Shown here: positions 1 to 12,630 of the stretch, one piece after another | Position numbering within the stretch: position 1 is the stretch's first letter | Layout: each line of letters begins with the position of its first letter | From: Chiloscyllium plagiosum | Taxonomy: Eukaryota | Assembly (NCBI RefSeq): GCF_004010195.1 | Contig: NC_057728.1 | Span: 47,774,166-47,838,165, forward strand | Direction of reading: 5' to 3' | Length of the DNA stretch: 64,000 nucleotides | Notes under the pieces: model-generated | What the model was told of the DNA's origin: nothing | The model's input: the letters and a program-made list of their open reading frames with translations, nothing else | Database searches by the model: none | Made by a program: the position numbers and the translations under genes

Positions 1-179
1 CTTCTGTATATAATCTCGAATTTGGAAGTATCGAAAGAGGTCTCCATTGGGTAATCCGAATTTCTGACGCAGCTGCTCCCCCTTTTTTTAATGGTTCCCT
101 GGTACAATATGACATTAACATATTCTGTCCCTTCCTTTTTTTCTGGCAACGATCAACCCCATTACTCACCTGCAACCCT

Positions 180-870
180 ACTTTCTCCTTTACCTTTGAT
201 TTTATAATTTGGCATGCAACTGAACACACTCTCTCACTATTTAGTTTAAAGCCCTATCTACACCTCTAGTTATATGATTCACCAGGACTCTGGTCCCAGT
301 ATCCCATCAGAACAGCTCTCTCCTTCCCCAATACTGATGCCAGTGTCCAATGAATTCAAGGAGAAAGTGAGGACTGCAGATGCTGGAGATCAGAGCTGAA
401 AATGTGTTGCTGGAAAAGCGCAACAGGTCAGGCAGCATCCAAGGAGCAGGAGAATCGACTTTTTGGGCATGAGCCCTCCTTCAGGAATGAGGAAGGTGTG
501 CCAAGCAGGCTAAGATCTTAGCCTGCTTGGCACACCTTCCTCATTCCTGAAGAAGGGCTCATGCCCAAAATGTCGATTCTCCTGCTCCTTGGATGCTGCC
601 TGACCTGCTGCGCTTTTCCAGCAACACATTTTCAGCTCCAATGATTTCAAGCCAATTTCTCCCACACTAATTTGAACACGTATTTACTTTTTTAATCTTG
701 TTGAGTCTGTGCTAATTTGCTCATACCTCACATGGTAATCTAGAGATTATTACTTTTTTGGTTCTACTCATATTCCCTCAGCACAACCTCATTTTATCAA
801 TATTATTAGTTCCTGCATGAACCCACGTGGCAATTTGATCTTTCCTTTCCCATTTCAAGTTCTTCTATAG
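180..870 (-). mobile_element. CR1 LINE ORF1 (esterase-like) C-terminal remnant, interrupted by the hairpin insertion at 358-638
   Basis: The minus strand near 240-298 reads GTRVLVNHITRGVDRALN*, resembling the end of CR1 ORF1. The sequence resumes after 638. Confidence 0.6.
358..638. mobile_element. Penelope-like element terminal-repeat (pLTR) hairpin: ~35-nt tail plus 246-bp palindrome
   Basis: Inverted repeat 393-638 is centred on TAAGA|TCTTA (515/516). It is flanked by CCAATGAATTCAAG (347-360) and CCAATGATTTCAAG (638-651). The same terminus occurs on the GIY-YIG-bearing fragments at 33.9 kb and 39.9 kb. Confidence 0.85.
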
Positions 871-1779
871 CCCAGATGAATTCTGCAGTGAATTCCCATG
901 CTACCACCAAAATATTAGACTCTGAAAGTTAATTTTGTTTCTCTCTCTGTTGATGCTGCTATGTCTGCTGAGCTTTTTCAGCATTGTGTTTTTACAATAA
1001 AATAAACATTTTTTAATATTCATTGAATCATCACTGCTATGATGTTTGATGATTTTACAGACGTGAACTTACAGGAATTGCTGTTTATTGACAGCATGCA
1101 GCAATAGGTTTTTAAAAGTTCATCTTTGAGGCACAATAAATTACAATATTAATTTTAAAAAACTTTAGTCTTTTGAAGTGTAATATGTTGTTGACTTGAG
1201 GAAAATTGCTGCTTCCTGAGGACCTTTAGGCTGGAGTCTAAGTGTATCTTTCAGTATAACTTATAGCTAGTTCCTGTCCTGTGCTGTAGACCCAATTCTG
1301 TAATAAAGCATTAATTTTTAGCTGTGGACCAACCTTGCATATTTGGGTAAGATCGATGTAGATTACTGTAGGAAACATGCCATGAGGGAGTGCTCAGTAT
1401 CCACATAACATTGTGCTGACACAGAATACCTCAAATGGAATGATTCAGCTTTGAACACTTAATATCCTCATCCTTGTGAGCAGGAGAAAGATTAACTTTT
1501 CTCTAATATACGTATATTAAGTAAGATACTCAAGAAAAGGAAAGTAGAAAGCAACTACTGCTTGAAGGAAATAATTATTACACAATTCACACAGTCAGAT
1601 TCCCTCAACTGCCATAAAAGAGGAACCAATCAATCCTTATTAATTTATAAACAAATGGCTGTATTCTTCAAAGAATGCATTCATGAAACTATATGTTACA
1701 GGCGGTTAGATAAATGTGAAAGTAAATATTAACATGCAGAATGTAGACACACTTCTCTTTACATCATTGTACTCTGATG

Positions 1780-2315
1780 CAGTGGCCTGCAGTATTGTGA
1801 ACAATTTTGGTCCTCTTACCGGAAGACTGATGTAGTTGCATTGGAGGCAATTCAGAGGAGGTTCACTAGGTGGATTCCAGAGGTGATGTGTTTGTCTTAT
1901 GAAGAGAGATTGAGCAGTTTAGGTCTGGACTTTCTGGAGTTTACAAGCTCTAACTGAGTTTTATAAAATTCTGAAGGGGGTTGATAAAGTAGATATAGAG
2001 AGGTGTTTTGAGGCATGAGAGGTCACCGTTTTAGGATAAGGGATAGTAGATTTAAAAGAGAGGAAGTGAAATTACTTTTCCCAAAGGGTCATAAATCTGT
2101 GGAGTTCATTACCTCAGAGTGTGATGGATGTCAGGACATTAAGTAAATTTAAAGAGGAGGTGGACAGATTTTTAATGAGCAATGAGTTGAAGGGTTATTG
2201 AGAGAGGGCAGAAAAATGGAGTTGAGGCTGAGATGAGAGCAGCCATGATCGTGTCATATGAAGCAGCAGACTTGAGGGGCTGAATTGCCTTCTCTTAGTT
2301 CTTATGTACTTCTGA
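1780..2315 (+). mobile_element. CR1 LINE 3' fragment
   Basis: Degenerate ORF2 C-terminus (QFWSS..., AIQRRFTR, YEERLSSLGL) followed by a 3' UTR. Confidence 0.8.
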
Positions 2316-3399
2316 TTTTGCAATGGAACTCGCAGTACAGTATGCTTTAAAAGGGAAATGTGGGAAGCAATTGTAAATCTCTTCAACTAATCAGACTGAA
2401 AACAGTCACATTCTAAACCAGTGAGTAAATGACATTTAAATCATATACAAAATGAAATTTTAAAATATGGAAGTAAAAGTAATTCTATATTTTTTTAAAT
2501 CTGTGGCACTAATTAAATTCTGAAGGAATGAGACTCTATACAAGCAAAACTTACAATTGTCAGTGTCAAACAGGTTATTTAGAAATAATTATGGTTAATT
2601 GTGTTACGAATGATTCACTAGCATGTGAATGCACATCTTACGTTTTTTTTACACTGTTCTTAGTAGGTCAGGAGAACTAAGTACAGCGACTCTGCACCAA
2701 AGTGATGAGATTTTCTAAAGCCAAAGTTGGAACATATTAACCACCTTCATGATGATTGACATATTGGGTGATAAATATCAGCATCTGGGGGAAGGAGCAG
2801 TTGAAGGTGGGGGTCATGTGATGACATCTTAATTGGCACAGTCACCAAAAGAGTGAAAAGTTTGTCACTAACCGTCAATTGTTTCTCCTCATATTATACT
2901 TTGCTGACTTTAGGTGATTATCATTTTAGATTGCAGTTCTACTGCGAGACTGACATTAATGCAATTTTAATTAAATTGACATTACGTGGGGATTGTTGCA
3001 AAAGGATTGGACAGGAATCGATGAATGGTGGAGCAGTCCAGCCCAGCCTTCTCTGCAGCCTCTGCACCCAGACCTGGCTGTCACACCCTCACTGGCTGCT
3101 GCTGCTATTCACCACCCCTGTTATGCTGATGGAGAGTGGTAAGGATTTCCTCGAGAGGTGGCCTCCTGTTCGCCTTGTCCAGTGCCTGGGCCTGGCTCAT
3201 GCTGCTGGTGTAAGAGTTTGAATCAGTGTCTGTCTATCTGCTTATAGCTGGCAGCGATTCCCAGACACTAACCATCTCACCTGCCACTTCCCCACCATAA
3301 GCCCCTGAGATTAGATCTATTGAAGCTCAAAGCACCAAAAGGACTGTAATGTTTGACATTTTAATTTTATTTCTTTATTTTCCCACTTTTATGAAGAAA

Positions 3400-3565
3400 A
3401 CTTATTCCTTTATTGCTCTACTTCTGTAAATAAGACTTTGTACATGTACTTTGTACCTAAGATGGTGCCATGTGTGGCGACACTGTACATGTTTCAATGT
3501 ATTCATGTACCCTGTACTATATTTGAATGCATGGGACAATGAAACTTAAATCTAAATCAATCAAT
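3400..3565 (+). mobile_element. Possible 3' tail of a non-LTR retroelement
   Basis: Ends in GACAATGAAACTTAAATCTAAATCAATCAAT, a short tandem tail. Family not resolved. Confidence 0.3.
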
Positions 3566-4581
3566 ACTTGCACCTCTAATTAAGTAGGGTTCCCTCTCAA
3601 CCCACCAAATTCATACCATGTGCTTTTGATTGGTTGATTTTGGGACATCAATTTATACCAAATTAAAAGCAAATTACTGGAAAAAATAGAGCTCTCCAGA
3701 GATACAATCAGAGATATACATTCATATACTAATGTATATGAAATGGAATGCAAGGAGTGGAATAATGGGAAAGGGACTCATGAGTGTTTAAAAACCCCGA
3801 CATTTGAGAAATCTGGAGAAAACTTGGGATATTTGCATGCTAAGTGAAAGAACTATCCCAGCAAAATTAGGATGCAGGTTCATCCAACCCTTCTCACTCT
3901 GACAGGCATTTCAGTGTTGCGGCAAACAATAAATTACCAGAGGAGGAGCAGGTAATTCAGACCTGAAAGTCTGAATTTCCAAATTCAACTGTTTTTAAGT
4001 GTAGTTTGGAGATTACTGTCTAACTTAGAAGATTTTAGCCTCACTACTCTTCTAAATACAAACTCGGGAACATTGTGTTTCCCCCCTTATCCCATCATTC
4101 GTTGCATCTGGAAATTGTCTTTGGACACTTTGGTCAGCTGGAAGAATTTAGCAACAAGAATAAACTAGAAGCTCAATTCATCATGGTCAATCCTAAATCT
4201 GAGAGTCTGAGCACGCTGAGGATATTTGAATATATCTGTCATATATCGGTTTGTGATTTGACTTTGTTGAGTAGTTGCAAATTGACAGGTTGAGGCTGTC
4301 AACGGTCCAGATGTCCTGTGTACAATGTTTTAAAGAAAAGGAAATGATTTTGGAGTCACGTCAGTGAATGTTATTTTCTTCATTGATTTTGTGTTGTTTC
4401 ACCATCAGCTGTTTGCAGATCCTTAAAATGCAGTTCGAACACAGCTACCAGTCTCAGTATAGTTGGCATTTGACTCCTCCTTATTCTGCCTGGCCGTTCA
4501 GATATAGTGTTCCACACTTGAATATTATACATTAAATAAACTGAAACTGTAGGCAAAAGCATCTATATTTGTTGGAACTGT

Positions 4582-4815
4582 AAGGAGAAAGTGAGGACTG
4601 CAGATGCTGGAGATCAGAGCTGAAAATGTGTTGCTGGAAAAGCGCAGCAGGTCAGGCAGCATCCAAGGAACAGGAGAATCGACGTTTCAGACATAAGCCC
4701 TTCTTCAGGAATCCTGAAAAATTCCTGAAGAAGGGCTTATGCCCAAAACGTCGATTCTCCTGTTCCTTGGATGCTGCCTGACCTGCTGTGCTTTTCCAGC
4801 AACACATTTTCAGCT
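4582..4815. mobile_element. PLE pLTR hairpin, same family as 358-638
   Basis: Tail AGGAGAAAGTGAGGACTGCAGATGCTGGAGATC. Arms 4618-4712 and 4721-4815 with an 8-nt spacer. Flanking duplication TTTGTTGGAACTGTA (4568-4582) / TTTGTTGGAACTATA (4815-4829). Confidence 0.85.
4676..4712 (-). ncRNA. Minimal hammerhead ribozyme motif (PLE-associated)
   Basis: Minus strand AUUC CUGAAGA A GGGC UUAU GUCU GAAA CG UC GAUUC. The CUGANGA and GAAA core and the UH site are intact, with a palindromic ACGU mini-stem III. Confidence 0.65.
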
Positions 4816-5094
4816 TTGTTGGAACTATACTTGGTATTAACTCAAGGGGTGTGGGGCACTGATTTCCAGCAGGTATCAAACTATTCCCAGTTGGGCTTGC
4901 ATTATCTCACTTTCCCATCTACACATCTGAAGAATGAATAAAAACCATTAACTCATTCTTTGCAACATACCTTATGTCATTCATTATTGAGCAGGGCCTT
5001 TAGGCCAATAATGTATATTTACTATATTATCACAACACTGAAGGATCTTGACCAAAAATATGTAATAGAATCAAGAAAAATAAGCAGAGCATTG

Positions 5095-6105
5095 TAAAGG
5101 GGTAAGCATGTCAGACAAAATTATTAGAATTCTTTGAGGAGGTAACAAGAAGGATAGATAAAGCAGAACCAGTAGGTGTAAATGATTTGGATCCAACTGG
5201 TGTTCAATAAGATTCTTCACAGAAGGCTACTTGATAAAGTAAGAGCCCACGGTACTGGGGGCAATATATGAGTGTGGATAGAGGGTTGGCTAACTAATAG
5301 AAGATAAAGAGTTGGGATTAGGGAAAAGTTGCCATTTTCAGGTGGCAACCTGTAACTAATGGAATGTCACAGGGATCAGTGCTAAGGCCACAAATCATTA
5401 CAATATATATTAATAACATGGATAAAGGAAGTGAATGGGCTGCATCCGAGTTTGTGGATGACATAAAAATAACTGCGAAGGCTACTACAAGAGGCTACTA
5501 CAAGAAGTCTACAGAGGGATATAAGCAGAAATTGCTTGCGAAACGTAGCAGATCTGGTGGCATCTGTGGGGAGAAAGCAGAGTGAATATTTCAAGTCTGA
5601 CGACTCTTTACCAGAACAGTGAAAGCACACACTGAACTTTGCCAGAAATTTCTGTTTTTATTTCAGGTCTCCAGTATCTACAGTTCCTTCATTTACTGTA
5701 GGGATATAGGCAGATTAAGTGGATAGTAAAAACTTGACAGATGGAAATATAATGTGGGAAAATGTGGAGGTTATGAACTTTGGCAGGAAGAGCAGAGGAG
5801 CTGAATATTATCTAAATGGAGAAAGACTGCAGAAAGCTACAGCACAGAGGGGTTTGGGGATCCTTGTAAATGAATCACAAATCTCTCATGCAGGTTCAGT
5901 AGGAAATAGGGAAAGTAAATGGACAGCTACCTTTTACTTCAAAAGGGTATGGAATATAAAATTGGGAGATCTTGCTAAAACTGTAAAGGCCACTAATTAG
6001 ACCATACCTGGAACACTATGAACAGTTCTCGTTCCTGTGTCTAAGGAAAAATATACTGCCATTGGAGGTAGTCCAGAAAAGTTCTCTAGGTTGATCCTGA
6101 GTATT
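5095..6105 (+). mobile_element. CR1 LINE RT-region fragment, interrupted by a PLE hairpin
   Basis: Degenerate motifs SQGSVLRP, IYINNM, EFVDD, YYLNGERLQ, RPYLEHYEQF. Confidence 0.85.
5524..5699. mobile_element. Degenerate PLE terminal hairpin nested in CR1
   Basis: GGCATCTGTGGGGAGAAAGCAGAG arm plus an inverted tail. Flanked by the 9-bp duplication AGGGATATA (5515-5523, 5700-5708). Confidence 0.65.
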
Positions 6106-6740
6106 CCTTCACCTTATGGTCTTATGTGAATTCTTTAATACTTATTTCCATCTTCTAACAGTATAATTATTGGTATTTTTAAAATTTGCATTCTCTTTAT
6201 AAATAGTTAATAGACATTTTTAAGATTAATTTTTACGTTTCTGCAAATGAATGTTAAATACCCTGTGTTAAAAGTTTAATTTTGCATTTTTTTTCAGTGC
6301 CACAGGTCTTAGTACCATGCTGTATTAACATCACTTCTGACTTTAATTTTTGCAATTTTATGTGTGTGCATTTTGTTTAATTGATTTTATTATTCAGTCA
6401 TGGCACAACCTTTTGTACCCTGGAGGCATTAAGAAGTTTTGTATCAGTTCATCCTTGGACACATTTTATGGAGTTAAAGATTAATCAATCATTGTTCTGT
6501 TAAAATTTGTATCACAGCACAGTACTTGGGGCAACTTTAAGCACTCCCAGTTAATGTGAAATGGATGCAATTAAAAGTGACTGTCCATTTTATACTTTGC
6601 CTAGTTTTATATTTCATTAATATCTTTTAAACTATCTTACTCAAGTGTTATTCTAATTAAATGTTCACAATGCTAGCAAACTGAAAACTGTTAGTGTTCA
6701 GTCAGAATATTTTGCATGCTGATATTCTAATTGCATCCCT

Positions 6741-6878
6741 GTAGGGTTGGAGGATTTGAAGTACAGAGAGAGGCTGAATAGGCTGGGGCTATTTTCCCCG
6801 GAGCATCGAAGGCTGAGGGTTAGATAAACCTTATAGAGGCTTATAAAATCATGAGGGGCGTAGATAGGGTGAATAGTC
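6741..6878 (+). mobile_element. CR1 (HER1-like) fragment
   Basis: GLEDLKYRERLNRLGLFSPEHRRLR motif, matching the copies at 9.7, 29 and 57 kb. Confidence 0.75.
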
Positions 6879-7814
6879 CTAAAATGAATGTAGTGACCTG
6901 ATCTCAATATTACAAACTAATCTGAAATGACCCCGAAGAGAAACTTCCATAGACATACCAGGAAATGGGATGTGAGTGATGCACTCCCATAAATTACTCT
7001 CTACTATTCTATTCTGCATCTGCGTGAAGCCACATAAATCTGCCGCAGATTTCATGCTCTGATACTGACTCCACAGAAGGTAGAACAGGTGGAACTCTGC
7101 ACGAGGGTGAATGAGATGTCACAAGGGCACCGTGGAATGTGAATACTTCTCCTGACTCTATCCGGGACCACTGCCTCCCCACAACTTCTCCACTGTTGAA
7201 CAAATGGAGTTCCTCCTGCCCCCACCCAATCAGCAAGCCCCTGAAAAAGCACTTTATGACTGATTTCTACTGATGATCACTGCAATTACTAAAAGCAACT
7301 GATGCCCTTTAAGGTTGCTGAACTGTCCTTCAAGGTTTTTGCACAAACTCTCTGCACCATGCACATAATAACAAAGACCTTGAAACCAGTAGTACTCAAC
7401 ATGAGAATAAGCAAATGTAACACAAAACAGGGCAAGTTGCTGGAAAGGTTTTGCAGATAGTGGGGCTTAGGGTGATGGTGTAGAGGATACAGCAGAAAGT
7501 TGTATTTTCCGCCAGGTATACAGGTGGTTAGCAGCATAGCAGTGCCACAGCTCGCAGTACTCAGCATGAATCTGCATCTGCTGGAGTAGGGCTCATCAAT
7601 GGCTGGAAACCTGTGCAGAAAAAGTTAAAGGAGTTCTGAGGGGGTCAGGGCCAAGCAAGACAGGCTCTGGGTTGGTGGGGTGGACTTTACTGAGGGCAAC
7701 TTTAGGAAAGGTTGAGTTAGCATTGGCAGATATTGGGGAGTTGGCCCTGATTATGAAGTTGCATGTCTGGGGCTGGATCAGGCAATGTTTGCAACACCTC
7801 CCAGTTGGCTGTTT

Positions 7815-8033
7815 AAAAACAAACTACTGCAGATGCTGGAGAGACTCTGCAGGTCTGGCAGCATCTGTGGAGAGAGAACCAAAGTTAGCATTACGAGTCT
7901 GATCTGATCCTTCTTTAGACTTGTTCTGTTCGGTTTTGAATGAGAGTCATACTGGACTCGAAACATTAACTCTGTTTCCCTCTCCACAGAAACTGCCAAA
8001 ACAGTTTAGTTTCTCCAACATTTTCTGTATTTG
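7815..8033. mobile_element. Degenerate PLE terminal hairpin
   Basis: GGCAGCATCTGTGGAGAG arm versus CTCTCCACAGAAACTGCC arm. Contains the hammerhead-like GAGTC-atactg-GACTC-GAAA. TCCCAGTT occurs on both flanks. Confidence 0.7.
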
Positions 8034-8139
8034 TCCCAGTTTGTCATTCTTTGTCAAATAAGTGGAATCACTGAAGCTCAACAGAGTTGAATAAAGTTTA
8101 AGTCAGTAAGAGAAGCAGGTGAAGTAACTATGCAGCATG

Positions 8140-8520
8140 CAGGAATTGTAGCAACCTCTTCCATCATGGTGGAGGTTTCCAATTTATGCATATATGTTGT
8201 CTGGTGGGCTTTGCACTCCAACTCTAAGATATGCTGCAACTGAAAGGGGCTCTACTTCCTTAATGGACAAGATTATATACTTGCAGGTCAATGCTGTGTT
8301 GCTTGGCGACAGTCATGATGCCTTCCTCCTCCGCCAGTCCACCGCACCATCTGCATTTGAACCACTGTGATTATGCCAAATGTGGCTCCAAAAGCCATTC
8401 AGTGATCACACAGTTCATGATTCTGGTGCGCAACCCACTTGCATGAGATTTGGTCAGGCATTTCATTGGGGTTCTTAACCATTCTGCTGCCTGGGCTGTT
8501 CTGGAGGAGCCCTGTAGCAG
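8140..8520 (+). mobile_element. PIF/Harbinger transposase remnant
   Basis: Translates in part to N*KGLYFLN...VNAVLLGDSHDAFLLRQS, resembling the HARBI1-type NRKGFHSLNVQ...PGSxHDAFIL motifs. Confidence 0.6.
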
Positions 8521-8554
8521 TGGGCAGAGTACGTGTCAAGATTTGTGATGGTTC

Positions 8555-8680
8555 ATAAGAACAGAAACTGTCTATTCAGCCCATCCAGTCTGCTCTGCCA
8601 TTCAATGAAATCATGGCTCATCTGATAATTCTCAATGCATTTTCTTGCCTTTTTCCTGTAACCCTTGATTCCCTTACAAT
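8555..8680 (-). mobile_element. CR1 3' UTR fragment
   Basis: TCAGCCCATCCAGTCTGCTCTGCCATTCAATGAAATCATGGCT is the reverse complement of the CR1 tail type seen at 42.4 kb. Confidence 0.6.
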
Positions 8681-8924
8681 TTATTTTACAATCTCACAAT
8701 GACCTTTTCTCCTAGCTATTTGGGATCTATCTGAGGAGAAGGAATGGATAAAGCAACCAATACATCTTCTGTCTGGATGGACTGTCTGTGAATGACTCGT
8801 CCAATGGTCTTAACAGTAAAAAGAATATTAGTATCATAGTTACCAACAATCCCACACCTTACCTTGTCCTTGCTACTGGTAATATGCTCACATGGCCACA
8901 ATACAAAAATAAAAGCCACTAGAT

Positions 8925-9650
8925 TCATAAAATCATGAGGGGCATGGATAGGGTGAATAGCTAAGGTCACTTTCTCATGGTAGGGAAGATGAGTCCAAAA
9001 CTAGAGGGAATAGGGTTAAGAAGAGATGGGAAAGATTTAAAATGGACCCAAGGTGTAACTTTTTCCATGCAGAGTGTGGTGAGTATATGGAACAAGCTGT
9101 AGGAGGAAGTGGTAAAGGCACATAAAATTGCAACTTTTAAAAGATGTCTGGATGGGTATGTGAATAGGGGGAGGCAATGGTCTTGTAAGATTAATCACTG
9201 GATTGTTAATCCAGAGACCTCGGTAAATGTTCCGGGGACCCAGATTCAAATCCCATCACAGCAGATAGCAGCATTTGAATTCAGTAAAAATCTGGAATTA
9301 AGAGTCTCACAATGACCATGAATCCATTGTCAATCGTCAGGAAAAACCTAATTGGGTCATGAATGTCCTTTCGGAAAGGAAAATGCCATTCTTACCTGGT
9401 CTGGCGTATATATGACTCCAGTCCAAAGGCATTGTGGTTAACCCTTAGCTGCCCTCTGGGCAAATTAGGAATGGGCAATAACAGCTGGCCTAGCCAATGA
9501 TACCCACATTCTGTGAACAAACTTTAAAAAAAAGGGTTCAGAGGGATATGGGCCAAATGTTGGCAAAGGAGACTAGGTCAGATCGGGAAGTCTGGTCAGA
9601 GCTGACAAGTTGGAACAAAGTATCTGTTCTGTGCTATTTGGCTGTATGAC
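8925..9650 (+). mobile_element. CR1 (HER1-like) 3' end, interrupted by the SINE at 9169-9532
   Basis: YKIMRGMDRVN..., VVSIWNKL, FKRCLDGYVNR. The UTR resumes at AAGGGTTCAGAGGGATATGGG (~9532). Confidence 0.8.
9169..9532 (+). mobile_element. tRNA-headed SINE whose head and tail match the 5' and 3' ends of the LINE at 16317-19456
   Basis: GGGAGGCAATGG head, degenerate B box (AGATTCAAATCC), LINE-type tail GGCAAATTAGGAATGGGCAATAACAGCTGGCCTAGCCAATGATACCCACATT and poly-A. Confidence 0.8.
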
Positions 9651-9739
9651 ACAAAACAAACTTTTCAAGCCAAATTTATAGATGCACTAATGTCATATGG
9701 CTTAAAAGCAATCAACAAATTAAAAGGGTTTGACCATTA

Positions 9740-10170
9740 GTGAGAGGCTGAATAGGTTGGGGTTATTTTCACTAAAGGGTCACAGGCTGAGGGTGACCTT
9801 ATGGAGGCTTATAAAATCATGAGGAGCATGGATAGGATAAATATACAAGGTCTTTTCGCTGGGGTGGGGGAGTCCAGAACTAGAGGGCATAGGTTTAGGG
9901 TGAGAGGGGAAAGATTTATAAGGGATCTAAGGGGCAACCTTTTCACACAGAGGGTGGTGCGTGGAAGGAATGAACTGCCAAAGGAAGTGGTGGAGGCTGG
10001 TACGATTACAACATTAAAAAACATCTGGATGGGTATATGAGTAGGACGTGTTTAGGGGGACATAGGCGAAATGCGTGCAAATGGGACAAGATTTATTTAG
10101 GATATCTGGTCAGGATGGACGAATTGGACCAAAAGGTCTGTTTCTCAGCTGCAAATCTCTATGACTCTAG
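9740..10170 (+). mobile_element. CR1 (HER1-like) 3' end
   Basis: ORF 9801-10040 reads YKIMRSMDRIN...SRTRGHRFRVRG...FTQRVV. Tail CTCTATGACTCT. Confidence 0.85.
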
Positions 10171-10779
10171 TTCCTGTCTTCAATATGGCTCTGACTAGCC
10201 TATGCTCCTTCACAGTGCTGCCCCAGTGACTGCAGCATGGCAGCCGGAAGCCTGATGAATAGTAGTAATTGTAGATGGCTTTGCAGGATAGATTCATACA
10301 GCTGTGGCCTTGGAAGGCTTGACTGGACTGCACCAGTTCTGTGTAACAGGCAGATGGCTGACTCACTGACAGTGGCAGCGCTCTCTTAATCCCCACTAAA
10401 CCATCAAAACTATTCAAAACAGGGCAAACCAAACTAAATTGGTTTAAAAGGTGTTAATGTCTGAAAAGGGCACTGTAACGAAAAGCAAATGTTCCAAACT
10501 TGAATAAACAATAGTCAAACAAAAGCATCACTTTGGGAGGTTAATATGTATTCCAGCCCTTGCAGTGCTCACAGGCTGTAGAAGCCTTGATTGGATGATA
10601 TAGGTTATCACCTCATTGTTGACAGCAGCTGACTCTATACCCGGTTATGGCCATTCTCTCAGAACAATATCTCAACAGTCCTGGCTATCAGTTGGGAACA
10701 AATTGCTGATCGGCTGTGATTCCTTATTCCTCTTTCAACTTGTCTATGCAGCAATCTGTGCATTTATTGCACTATCCAG

Positions 10780-11030
10780 ACTTTGGGTGTCATCATTTTC
10801 TGCTGCAATTGATGTGAAGACATCACATGTTGGTTGCTTTGCGCCCCTGATCCTCAAAGGTGTGAATGCAGGTAGCTACCAATTCCATGCTGGAAAGGCC
10901 AATCTCTGTGAACTACCATCACAAAGCTTGTATGGAGGACCGCTGTAGATGGATTACAACTCTGGTCCTCTCCATCATCTGCACCAAGGCAGTGTTACAA
11001 AACCTTGGAAAAAAAGTCTTTCACTTTGAC
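10780..11030 (-). mobile_element. Possible Myb/SANT-like ORF remnant of a Harbinger element
   Basis: Minus strand PRFCNTALVQMMER...W.LVA weakly resembles Harbinger-associated Myb/SANT domains. Confidence 0.3.
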
Positions 11031-11906
11031 GAATTCCTCACGGAATGATTCTCAGCACCTACTCCAGTCACAGTGCAGCTCTCTTTTAAGATCTACAGTC
11101 AATGTTGGTAGCTCCTATTCAGGTAAACAGCCACTTACCGGCTCACTTAGTGCTCATTGCATGCTCCAATCTTTGAAATTAGTTGTAGCACTGTCTGCAT
11201 TTGAAGAAATGGGCAAGGGATAATCTCACCTCATGATCGCAACACCCATTTGTGGGTCCTATCCAATTGTGCCCCAAGCAAGTTTAAACTTGACGTATTT
11301 AGTTTTGACAAAAACACTCTGGAGATGTTCACGAACAATACAATGCACCACACCTATTCCTAAGTTGCACCAGGAATGCATATTGAATCCAGTGTAACTC
11401 CCTGAAGAGCTAGCGTGTGATTTTAAAAAAACTGTTATAATAATCTATAGACAGTTATGATCTCTGAGGTAAAACATTCTTTAATCAAGTAGAGGCTATT
11501 CGACTCTGTCCCAGTAGTGATGTTAAGAACAAGATCTAAAATCAGCAACAGATTGAAACTGTGTTCAGCCAGCTATGTGTGTCAGTTCTGAAGGCATTGT
11601 TTGCTGTTCCGTTTAAGGTAGGGCACACGCAAATTCACTTGGATTTACTGTGCAAGTACATATCAAATTGGCAAACTCACAAAAATAGAAAACAAATGTT
11701 CAATTTCTGTTCTTGTATGAGGCTCAGGATATTCTTCAATTGCAAACCACATTTTTCTTTTGCAGCCAGAGTGAAAACAAGCTCCAAGGAATTGCATGTA
11801 TTGGTACTATAAATTATTTTTGCTATACCTGATCCACATTAAAGTGAAACACTGGTAAACAACCTTTAAAGAGACTTAGACCTGACTGATTGTGTACCAG
11901 CAGGGT

Positions 11907-12630
11907 GTTTATGACCCCAGCTTATGTTGATACTGGACAAGTCAGATCCCAGCATGAAACCTTGGCTTGATAGACAGTAACTTTGTTTTTTTCTGACTGT
12001 AAAGGTCAGTTAAATATTCACAAAAATGTGCTGGTACACCTTTAAGCTAAATCTTTCCTAAACCTTTATTAAACAAGAAATGCGTGGACTATTTCAAAAC
12101 AGGCAAAAAGGTTAGAGAGTTTTCAATAAAATCTCAACTATTTCTTGCAACCTAGCATCATCCTTAAACATTAAATCATAATGGAGATTTTCCACTTTCT
12201 CCACACTGAGGCTCCTTGCTCAGGCTGGTACAATTGCAGTCTATTTCCTTCCCATGAATTTCTGTGTACACTGTATTTGCTTTTCCTTCAGCTGGTATCT
12301 CTTCCCAAGACTCCAAAAACAAGCTGCAAACAATACTCAATTACTTTACTTTAAACAATTAAACAATTACTTTAAGATCAAAGCAAAAACGAGTTCGTGA
12401 AACTCAGTTTCCTGCAGTCTAACAGGATTTCTTCCTAGATTTATCACTCCTGTTTCCAAAGACAGGCACATACACACCTACCGATTGATTCCCTTATGGA
12501 TTGCTCCTGAGTCTGCATCCCCGGACCCTTGTCACTAGGCAACAGCAATGTCATTCTGCCTTGTTTCTTCCTCTACAGTAAATTACAAGCCCCCATCTCT
12601 TCACTTTAATGGTTGTAAAACCTTATCAAC
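11907..12630. mobile_element. Possible degenerate solo LTR
   Basis: Starts TGTTTATGACC with an architecture similar to the TGTTATGGACC element at 49444. No TSD verified. Confidence 0.3.

Noticed and set aside
393..638. Pre-miRNA or DNA-transposon MITE call for the palindrome
   Set aside because: The arms match PLE termini attached to GIY-YIG sequence elsewhere in the window. An unpaired tail lies inside the TSD, unlike TIR elements.
4815..4880. AGN-containing peptide as a candidate LGR exon 3
   Set aside because: There is no LRR consensus or 72-nt splice frame, and the ORF runs into a PLE hairpin.
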